Assembly (NCBI GenBank): GCA_976226885.1
Contig: OZ320322.1
Span: 39,432,001 to 39,496,000, forward strand
Length of the DNA stretch: 64,000 nt
Direction of reading: 5' to 3'
Source: Iphione sp. A-MEVVRFRX5
Lineage: Eukaryota
The notes beneath the pieces are model-generated. The model worked only from the letters and a program-made list of their open reading frames with translations, did no database searches and was not told the origin of the DNA. The translations under genes were made by a program, and so were the position numbers. Of this stretch, positions 52,854-63,177 are shown piece by piece. Each line of letters begins with the position of its first letter. Within the stretch, counting starts at the first letter, position 1.

Positions 52854-53224
52854 TATAAAAAAGGCACACACAAACAAATTGACACAAAGTGACAGAGATA
52901 AACGGAGACGAGACATGCAAGCAAACAGCCACACAGATGGACACATATGCAGGGAAGAGAAGTATTTTTTTAAGAAACAAAAATGTTTAGAAGATGGACT
53001 ATTAACAACAATAACAACATTCCTGCAACAAAAAAGGCAGTAGCATCAACACTGTATAATACGGCTTTCACAAACAGTAGCCCTCTTATTTAAACACACC
53101 GCTACAAAGCCGGCAACCTCCTCATCTTCTGAGACACGGAGTACATGTGTGGCTGAGTGCCTCGTCGCTACGCCTTCCGACATGGCTTCAATCTCGATTC
53201 CCTGAGGGAGAGTCTTCCTATATT

Positions 53225-53294
53225 GTGATCGGCTGTCAAGGTCATCGGCATCTTGTGATTGGTTGGCTGCGCAAGCGGAAGGCAGTGATTGGTC
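53225..53294. promoter_or_regulatory. Three NF-Y-type CCAAT boxes at exact 30-bp spacing
   Basis: GTGATCGGCT (53225), GTGATTGGTT (53255), GTGATTGGTC (53285); on the minus strand AGCCGATCAC, AACCAATCAC, GACCAATCAC, fitting RRCCAATCA with one mismatch in one copy. Confidence 0.55.
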
Positions 53295-54544
53295 GGTCAG
53301 GGCAGCGACGGCGCGACGTGAACATGAGCCAAATGGGCGCTGCCACGCTGCCTCCTTCCGAGGACACACACACACATACACACAGACACACAGTGCAGGA
53401 TGATATTATTATATCTTTAGATGACAATAAAAATGTAGATGACAATTATAAAGTGCTTACAATTTGTGATATTCCAAAAGTGCTTTATTGTAATCACCTC
53501 GTTTTGTATATATGTTACTTTCACTATTCAGATGTTACCTTATAGCTGTACTCCTCAGCCAAACTCTAAGAACTGCCTTCCCAAGGTGAATGTTGGATGA
53601 CTGAATAAAATGATTTCTATCGTATCTTATCTTATGACAGACATACATGTAAACACGCACATAGGCTTAGTAACCAAACTTGATCTATAAAGAAACGTAG
53701 TCAGATAATCAAAGATGTCAGGCGCTTGAAAAGAGAGCACGTACCCCCCACTATACCTCCCACATGGTGACATTCCTACACAGGTGGCCTGGATCTTTCA
53801 TCCCTTTGTAGTGTCAACGTGAGGAACGTCTTCCACAGGGACACAGAAATAGCCTCGGGTATCCTGTTATCATTACCCGGTGAAGATTCTTGATACACAA
53901 ACACGCACATTCACACACACACAACCTCACGCGTAAACACGTGTATACACACGTGCAGACACACACACATACGCACACACCAAGAAACCTAACCTGTTCC
54001 ATGAGAACACTCGGGGTTGACTTGCAGCATTCTGTCCGCTGGGAGCTGCTCGACCTTTTGGGGTAAACACGACAAACAACTAAGACAGAGGAGCCTTGGC
54101 TATACTGCTTCCCACAATAAAATCCGTAGCTGCATGCATAGAACGAGTTGCTGTGCAGCCTATGAAACCGCTAATGTACTTGAGCACACTGCAGTGCCCC
54201 TTTCTGCAGAGCACACAAACAGATGTTTATGAAATCATACTACAATATATCCTGATACACTACTATTCATTGTATACACAGTAAGAAGCATCATGGCGCA
54301 GGCATCTTTGTCTATAGTCGTACAGGTATAGTTTCGTTCGCACCCAGCAACATGTAACAGAACGCCGTTCCACGTTTAGCTCAACTCAACATGTGCTGTC
54401 ACTATTCTTTCAGAAATATTTTCATGCATTCATCTATATTTACCCATTAGGTACCATATGTCCACAGAATCGTTTCCATCTTCCACCCGGCAATACAACT
54501 ACATCGTACATCCATGCATATGCACCTAACCATATCTATTCCCA

Positions 54545-54865
54545 ATGGTTTCATCCGTGTGTAATTATATACGCACATGTCAGTTATATGATCCTGTCTC
54601 TCTTTCCTTTACCTTTATCAGTATTTCCTGTAGTCCTGCCTTTCACAACACTAGCACAGTCAAAAACATACAGCGAGTGGTGCTATCAGCCAAGGCCTGC
54701 CTCGCACATACAATACATCTACACCGCACCGTCCTTTTGCCACCAAGAACATTATACACAAGTAGGACCGAGCAACCGGCCGCACTGGTTGGTCATGTTT
54801 ACAGACAGGCCAAGGCAGCTCCTCCATCGAGCCGTCCAAATCACAGCGTCCTCCCCCACCTCTAA
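54545..54865 (+). mobile_element. Decayed Rex1/Babar-like LINE RT C-terminal fragment
   Basis: LYDPVSLSFTF..KNIQRVVLSA..LLPPRTLYTSR..PSSRPNHSVL resembles the Rex1/Babar C-terminal pattern FYxxxIESxLT..LQRVVxSA..LPxxxxLYTSR..PSHPxHxLF as I recall it. Confidence 0.4.
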
Positions 54866-57044
54866 TCAGGCCTGTATCAGTGCAGATAGTCGCACCAAAA
54901 CAGATCACCCTCACGCAGTCTGCCCTTTAATACAATCACGGATACAAGCGGCAAGATGTCGGGTGGCTTGTCCCGAGGTCTAATCGTCTGGCATCAGAAC
55001 AGGGAGAAAACACACGAAAACACAGGATGCCTCTGCTGATAAGGGGCCATTGGTAGTGGCTGACGCCTTTGGCTTCGGTGGCTCTGTTCACCTCGTCTAT
55101 GTCACTTGTCCGCTCGGAGTTCATAAGAGGTAGACGTGGTGTAAGACTGGGGAGGAGACCAGGAGGTCTACTGGTGCTCAATCGTAGCAGGAGGACAAAT
55201 TGTACGGTAGAATGTTTAGATAGTTGAGATGTGAAACCCATTAGAACTAGCAGCGCATAAAAGAGAAAGACGTAAGGGTAATATTTTCATGGTGTTAAAA
55301 CTGATTGAATTTTCGCCAAACACAATCACAAATATCATGAAGGGGCTGGCACGCCATGGGCTTATTCCACTGATTAAATACCCAAATCGGCCTGTACACA
55401 GTTTTTTTTGTAGAAAGCAAACAGCAGCATCCTCACATACGAGGCTTGATGTGTCCCTACATTCTATTGATAATAGCAGATTAATCTTTAAAGAAAGATA
55501 ATCTTAGCCATTTAATCTATTTAGATCGATCATAAAAATGAGATATATATGGGGCCCATAGGAAACATACTATTATTACGGATAACTCCAAATAGCTTCT
55601 CCCAATGATCAGTTTTTGTAATGATGCACTAAAACAAGTTATATATTAGTTGAGATACCTCTCCAGTATCTATAGCTAGGTAAATGATGCTCGTGACAAG
55701 TCTCATTCAACAAATCATCGAAGCTATATCTTCGGTGCAATCTTCAGATTGAACCATATGTTACGACACGGTGGGATTTCACGGTAGCTTCCTGAAGTGA
55801 ATTCTAAATTTTCATACTCGTACACCGTTCTAAGGTTTAGTCTAATTGTAGTATTTAAGGATAAAAGGCTAGCATTCGACTTGTTTTTTTCACATAGACT
55901 TAACTTCTCTTGTATTAAACAAGTTAATACTTTCAGAATAGACAGGTTTTTTCTATAAGAAACATATCATTAAGTAAAAATATTATCAGTAATTTCATAA
56001 GGAGCATCAGAAAGACGAAAGTCTGATAATTTTTCACTTTGTTTTGCCAAGAATTAAAAGTAGCAAACAGAATTATCCGAGGTTTCTGTTTTCCGCCTTG
56101 ACGTCACCAGCTATAAATACGCATGGATATTGACGATCATGATCCCGATCATCTTCTGGCTGTTTGCATGGGGAGAAAGCCCATTTGTCGTCATCGAAAG
56201 AGCGTAGCAAGACGCTTCTGCACCAAGGACATGGCTGAGCCTCGTCAACCAGCATGACCTGGAAGTACTCAGCCTCTTAGCTGCTCGGTTCAGAGGTCAT
56301 CGACCGTCTGAGTTCCTGTTAATCGAGAGTGACGATTTCATGTTGATGTCAACATCTTTATTCGTAAAAAAAAATCCTTCTTAATTCAACAAATCATAAA
56401 CCAGAGAAGTGTCGCTTTCAGTCAAAAGCAATGGGATGCACTTTATGTGCATATCAGGCAAGACGGTTTTTCCTACGCATCTTTGGATCTCATTATTGAC
56501 AAATACGCTCATATGGCAGTAAATTGATATTGTGGCCATAAGGATTATGTAATTTTTTAGAATGTAAAGATCAAGCGCATTTGTCAGTTAACCTACTACA
56601 TGTACATCCAAACTGTTATATTCTCAAACATCGGTAATCAGCAAAGTTTAACCTTCAACTACTATGCCTTAAGCATGTAAACAGTACGTCATAAAACTTA
56701 GCCCTGCTTGCATTGATCTATCTGTTACAGATGAGCGTGCGGCAGTTAAAACTGATCGTGAAAAAGTAGTAAATTCCCTGGTGAATAACAAGTCAGGTCG
56801 TGCAGCTACGCTACAGTTAATTTCCAGACTTCCTTTTATCGCTCAGCCGTGTTTTTCCCCCCTTACACAGGACCCTCCTGGTCCCACGTCGTCCGAACCC
56901 CCTAATACATGTACTTCATATGCTAATACTTCCCCTCTACGCACACGCCCACTCTATCCCGAAGCCTCCAACAGCAGACCCAGCAGATGAAATCTTATCT
57001 TTAAAATGTTAGCTTAAGGTTGGGTATTGCCAGCAGCATGGTAC

Positions 57045-57135
57045 CTGGCGAAGGGTGGGCTCTTTGAATGTTTACATCAGCATGGCTCAGTAGCTGGGAG
57101 ACCAAGCAATCACCCTTCTGCGTGCCCCTGCTCAC
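57045..57135 (-). CDS. Candidate internal exon (91 nt) with a degenerate ankyrin-repeat-like peptide
   Basis: Branch-point CTAAC (57158-57162), pyrimidine tract and CAG acceptor; weak donor CAG|GTACCA; open frame VSRGTQKGDCLVSQLLSHADVNIQRAHPSP resembles KGHxEIVxLLLxHGADVNIQ with two single-residue gaps. Confidence 0.28.
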
Positions 57136-58274
57136 CTGTTGAGAGTAGCAGCCAAATGTTAGCATTAAACGAGAACTTGAGTCGTTGCCTGATCACCGGT
57201 TGCCGTGACTGCTCTATGTAAACTAAGTGAGTCGCCAAGGAGGGAATTCGTTCACCGTGTATTTCTCCCCTCCCTGTTTCTTTTTTTCTCTCCACCACAG
57301 CCTACCGCATATATAACCTAGATATCCGTTCGCAGGCCAGAAGCAGCCAAGTAAGCAATGCCATGTACTGGATCCTCCTCCACGTGAGGGAATCATTCAC
57401 CGTCGTCAAAATGAGTGTCGCCACAGCGTGTAAAAGGGGGAAGTTTGCCCATGACCCTTAATATCAGAAGGGAACGGTATCCTCATCATTTATTATTTTT
57501 ACTGGTTTACGTTAAATTTGGAACATTATTGGCAATGCTTATGTGTTAATATAAATCATTTACCTGTGCAGGTTATAAGTGGTGTGACTTCGTTTTTTGG
57601 TGGCAATGTTTGGTATGAAACAGAGTATGAATGTCTGGTTCTGGTTCTTGCCCACACAAGGCATAACATATGGGGAGAGAGTCTGCGAGGATGCAGAGAA
57701 GGAAATAGATGTATAAATGAACGTATTGATATTCGACTTCATCTTGCTCTACTGATGACCTGATGACGCGTCGAGGTTAACATCTTAAGTACATTGACCG
57801 ATTGGCTCAGGCAGGCACGAGGAAAAACACATTAAACTCAACCAGACACAGGCTGGCCAGTTTGCCACCACGAGATCTGCGCAGCCATCCACGATCACAT
57901 GCGCTGCATTTGATCTCTGATGTAATTATAAATTAATGGCACAACCGTCTGGCCTCCCTTATCTCCTTTTCCACATAGTATATGTTATACTTCAATTATG
58001 TAGCTATCTCACCATCATTTGGTCTGTGTAATCCATTGGCAATCACACGCATTGCATTTGATCTACGCTATGACCACAAATAATTAATACTCTTATGTAC
58101 CTTATCTGCCGTATCTAATTTTCCTCATTACTTACTGGAGACGTATGTATCGACTTATCTGGATTTACCTTTTTTGCTGAAACGTACGGCCTATAGTATA
58201 CATGGGTCGTGCAATAGAACGGTTGGAATATTCCAAATGAGTTATCCATTGAAAAAAGCGCTAGATGAAAGGAG

Positions 58275-58481
58275 GTGCGTGACCATTACCTCACCCCAAG
58301 ACTCGATGGCGAGCAGGAAACCAGAGATTCAAGATGGAGCAAGCATGGAAACATCACAGAGAAAAACACGCGGACAGAGGCAGTATTCGACCACATCTCA
58401 TTACAAAGGAAATCAAGCTACTTTAAGAGGTCTGTGAAATTGAGGTTACTCCCTGCTAAAGGTGGGGCTGGCTCATGGTGA
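58275..58481 (+). mobile_element. Possible decayed LINE RT thumb fragment
   Basis: RWSKHGNITEKNTRTEAVF resembles LxWSKHIxxITxKAxRTLGFL. Very weak. Confidence 0.2.
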
Positions 58482-59655
58482 TGGTGGCTCCACCTCGCTT
58501 CCAGTAACAGGCTGTCAAAAGGCGAACCATGGCAGGCATTAGTTGTCACGCAAGTAACACGCAGTGTGTTACATATGGCAAACTACAGCTAAGCCCCTGG
58601 AAGCTGCGACTGCCATGTAAGAAAATATGAATGCAGCTCTGAAGGAATACAGAAGGAATTCTTATCTACGCTGCCACTGTATTGCACAGTGCGTTTCGTC
58701 CTTTGTTATGGAGCATTGAATGGTAACATTGAGTAGAAGTTTGTTGGACAGAACGACTATGTACATGCCTGATTCCCTACAAAACTTCAGAAGTATATGA
58801 CGAAAACCACCCAGTCTGTCTTTAAACGTCAGTAAAGTGTATCGTAGAAACAAATATAACCTTGTGGATGGAAACCCATTTCCAGCTTGAAAATGAACTG
58901 ACATTTTTTCAGAATGAATCGATTGGAGAGGCACTACGGATTCGAGCACGTAGTATCTGGGGCTTTCGCATTATAAAAGCAAGCCAGTTAGTACTAAAAT
59001 ATGCGTTATGCACGGTTATTTGAACAGAGTAACAGTAACGGGGCCTGATGTTCGCTAGGTTGGGAAAAAGGGTGGGCTAAAAGTGAAAGCGACCCTCTGA
59101 CTACGAAATGCCAGTGTCGTCCAAATTCTGAGCAAGCGCTGTGATTGGATTACACCAGAGAGTACCCATTCAAGCATAAAGTTGACCGTCGATTAAAGCT
59201 CAACGCTCTAGTCGTTATAGCTGGCTGGAGGATGGATGGGTGGTTGGTTTGATGGTAGTGCTGGTGGTCAGACTCTAGGTGGAGCATGAGTGGTTGGGTC
59301 ACTCTTTGACATACAATTGCACGGTAGTTTTTGCCACTCGCCTTTGGCCTCTGAGCTTGGCTACGTAACCTTTTAAGCTTTTCATTTATTTATTTCATAA
59401 TGAAACAGTTCACCTTTTTGCATGAGATAGTTTATCAGGCTTCTGGTAAAGGCTATGATTATGCAAAGGGCAGAGCGTGAAAGAGCGTGAGACAATACGT
59501 AAGACATGAATTGCCCTCACCACGCCACACTGATACACCTCCCAGAGGCCAATGCTAAACTATGAATGAACTTCTTGCGAGAGACATGCACATAATGCTG
59601 TGGTCCTGCCCAGCGACCAGTTCAATGCCTCTGACCAGACATTTGCTAGACTTTT

Positions 59656-59746
59656 TTGGCAATTGCCTCTTGGCACTTGGCAATTGGCTTTTGATAGTTG
59701 GCGGACGGCTCTTGGCAGTTGACACCATGCTTTTGAAACTTGGCAA
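59656..59746 (+). repeat. Degenerate heptamer array (consensus about TTGGCAN, about 13 units)
   Basis: TTGGC starts at 59656, 59670, 59677, 59684, 59698, 59712, 59740; all offsets are multiples of 7, and TTGC/TTGA/TTGAC variants fill intermediate slots. Confidence 0.85.
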
Positions 59747-60018
59747 CACCTATCAGTGGGCATTCATCGCCAAGTGGAGTCAGGAAACAACGACCAGACG
59801 CTGTGCCCCGCCGTAAGCTACGGTTCATTTCATTGCTGTACGACCTTTTGGCATATGCCAGCGCACTTTGATGGTGTTGGTTGGTTGGTGGGGAAGCTGG
59901 GCTAATTTTACACATGGATGAAGACAATACAGACGGATACACTGAGAGAGAGGGAGCCAGACAAAATGGAAAGTCTAAATGCCTCCGCGCGAGATGTAGG
60001 CTCCACGCACACACTCAC

Positions 60019-60047
60019 CTTTATATATTGGACGTTTGGTCTATTAC
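60019..60047 (-). CDS. Candidate 29-nt micro-exon
   Basis: Acceptor CCTGTTTTAG and donor AAG|GTGAGT; frame NRPNVQYIK ends in phase 0, compatible with the 57045-57135 candidate. Confidence 0.18.
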
Positions 60048-61456
60048 CTAAAACAGGTATTGTCTTGTGTTATCTATGATCTTTTGGTATTACAACAACA
60101 CCAGATTGAAATCAATTTGAGTGACACCTCTAATCTATTTCAGTCTATAAAGTTTTATTTTCATTTTACATATTCTACTTAGCCTACTTCAAGACTCGTT
60201 GTAATAGATACATAAAATTTGAGCATTGAACTACACTTATATGCCGATAAAGCATGCATAAGCTTCAAAACGTTTAAAAAGCCTAGGTCTATACGTAGCA
60301 TTCACATACCACCCTGGCGGTCAGTGTAGACTGTGGACAAGTCCTCCTCAGGCATGCCCCAGCTGTACCTCTCTGTGGGTGTCATCTAATAGTATTCGTC
60401 AGGCAGGACTGTCATCATATCACCTTCCCAAGGTGGCCTGTCCTTTTGCCTGCCACGGCTCGAGACCTTGGCAGCCCTTACAACCGAGCCTCCGCTGCCT
60501 CAATTCGCTCCCCCTGACCTTGTGTGCCCCCCTGCCTGCACCCAATCCCCGGTCCATCCCCTAATTCCTAGTCCGGGATGGTCTCGGCAGCCCGGCCACA
60601 ATCAAACCCTCTCTAGGCTCAAGTTACCAAACAGCCCGCCCCTGCTCTCCACTTTCAGCCCTAATTTACTCGGTGGCGCCTGGACTACCAGCTCTGGCTG
60701 TCACGGTGTCAACAGGTGGATGTCACAGGCTTATCGAGCAGGTGAACAAAAAAAAATAGAAAATCCTGTGTATATAGTAACCGATCTAAGAGAAAAACCA
60801 CAAGTGTATGGCGAATATCAACAAAATCGATCTTAGCATAAGTATATGTGTATATCTACCCCCCTAACTTAGATATACATGTATACACAGGAAGTGTACA
60901 CAGGGGGACGAGGAGATCCCTTCCATTTGGTACAGCCATTCCGACAATTCATGTCAGATAGAAGTGCGGCTTGAACTATAGTGGCCCCTCTGGGTCCGAT
61001 ACTTCGACAGGTTACGTTGTCGCATAGAAACAAAGAAAATGTCATTGACAGTTTGTTTATCCCCGCCGCACAAACGTTAGTTTATTTCAACATCAGAATC
61101 CACTGATGTATAGGCAGTTAAGGGAACTATATCACATGAAATGTTTTTTTTATATCAGTGGCTGGTGTGCCACGTAACAAACACAACTATCGAATTACGT
61201 AAAGACTCTACTGCCAACATCTGGAGTCGCCTGGTGGGTAGTACGTAGACAGGCCACAAAAAGAACAAAAACGTATACATGTATATGCACGAGGAAATCA
61301 ATTTTCAAGATGGGTGGAGGTTGATTTTGTGCAGGACAGTGGGAGCTTGGTTGGTAGCCGCTCTAAACAGACACGGAAATCTTAGGATGTAATATTGATA
61401 GGAGTAAACATGTAAAATTGGACAATATTACTAAAAAGAACCTTCCCGTTCAATTA

Positions 61457-63177
61457 AAGAATTATTTTGTATCTATTGATAATAAATTAACGAGACGTAT
61501 ACAGCATCAAAATTATGTTGAGCCACATTCTGAAAACTTTTGCTAGATGTTTTAGTTGAAGCCAATCCATAGTAATAAATTAATCAGGGTTATAGGTAGT
61601 TGCAATCCTGATAAGAACTCAAATATTCCTAAGCTATCTATTTCGATACTACTGGGAATATTCTGATCTGTTAACCATCAGTTTACTCATGCGACAAATA
61701 TGTCATTGAGCTCTAGAATAGTACCTGGTCAATGGAAAATAATGACGATAATTCCAATTTTTGATATGGTGATATGGTGATGATAATTTACTTGTAACTA
61801 TAGGCTTATCTCTCTTCTCCAACTTCCGTGTAAAATTCTTGAAATTCTAGTCGTATAATCAATTATCCACTTTCTTGGCATGTAATCAGCTCTTAAGTAA
61901 ATTTAATAAAAAAAATTGGGTACACGGGAAGCAATTTTAGGGGCGGCAATATGCATATAAAAATATTTACTTTAAAAAGGCTTTGATCTAGTAAACAGAG
62001 AAATACTTTTTTAAAAATTCCATATAATTTCCATGAAAATGGTTTAGCAAATACCTATACGGCAGAAAACAATATTGTATACTTATTGGGTCGAGTTCAA
62101 ACTTATATATAAATTATCATGGAGTTCCACAGGGCTCCACACTGGGGTCCTTGCTTTTCTCTTTCTTTATTAATGACTTGTTGGACTACAAAATGCAAAA
62201 TCGGTCCTATTTGCGGACGATGGACTGGTTATAGCCAGTTCATAAAGAAAAGTCTGTAGGGTGAGACACAATTAGTATGTGACACCTATTGAAACTGGTG
62301 TGACCTCAAAACGAATCTTATGAACATAGGAAAAAACTAAAATTGTCTGTATCCCTAGCGATGCCTGATTTAAATACGGTATATCAAAGCATGATTATTA
62401 ATAGCAGTGATATACATTTTGTTAAAGATTGTAAGTATTTGGAAGTCCTGATGGATCATAAGTTGAAATTCAAGGAGAAGTTGAATACGATTATCAAGGC
62501 TATGTCTTGCAAAATATGTTATGAATAAAGTTCAACTGCATACGAATCCAAAGAATCCTCTTATAGTATATAACGGATTCGCTGTATGCATACTTGATCA
62601 TTTGACAATTATTAAATCATGAAATACTCACGAAGACCCTAAAAGAGTGCCAAGAATACAAAATCATGTTTTGGTTGTAATTTATGTAAGATAGAAAATA
62701 GTATTAAATCATCAAACGATCTCTATATCAAATTCAATTTAATGAGTACTACTGGGAGAAGGTTGTATTTTATGTTGTGTGTAGTTAACATCATGGTGAG
62801 AGCAGACTTGCTTGCATGAGTGATATTATTAGCACAAGCGCTGCGGATGTATTGATTATTAAGATGTCAACTCCCAAATCTGATCAAATAAAAACTCGAT
62901 TACATATATATGATATCAAAGAGCGAAATGATCTGGATTGTATTTTAAGACAGATGTTAGATTTGAAAGAATTTAGGTTTCATGCAAGGATCATAGTAGG
63001 CAAGAAACACATGTATTAACCTAAATAATTAACAGAAAGGTGCCATTATTCTTTTCTTTTGACGTATATAAATAATGTTGCCTTTGTTCTCAATATATTG
63101 TGAAATGCTTATACCCTCTGTATCACGAAAAACGCCCCAAAGGGGCGATACTCTTTTTGAATCAAATTGAATTGAAA
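61457..63177 (+). mobile_element. Decayed CR1-group LINE (RT pseudogene, 3' UTR and tail)
   Basis: Collinear RT motifs with stops and frameshifts: KNYFVSI (61457), IVPGQWKIMTIIPIF (about 61718), NYRLISLLQLPCKILE (61796), FKKAFDLVN with a 1-nt indel (about 61971), GVPQGSTLGSLLFSFFINDL (62121), FADD (62210-62221), KYLEVLMDHKLKF (about 62433). Ends in a CGCCCC-AAA-GGGGCG hairpin (63133-63147) and TTGAATCAAATTGAATTGAAA (63157-63177). Confidence 0.85.

Noticed and set aside
49736-52980. Many ORFs with SLSLSL or ERERER runs
   Set aside because: Translations of GA microsatellites.
54393-54983. 196-aa ORF, second longest in the window
   Set aside because: No recognisable domain; an overlapping frame explains the region better as a LINE remnant.
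16383-57780. Hammerhead ribozyme cores at CTGANGA sites (16383, 22848 minus, 43414, 46550, 49171, 57751)
   Set aside because: In each case stem II, the GAAA, or the stem I/III pairing around the cleavage triplet is missing.
21577-60316. Short matches to 5S rRNA (CGATCTCGTCC near 21578; ATACCACCCTG near 60306) and 7SL (GCCGGGCGC near 47574)
   Set aside because: Only 9-11 nt, with no extension; expected by chance.
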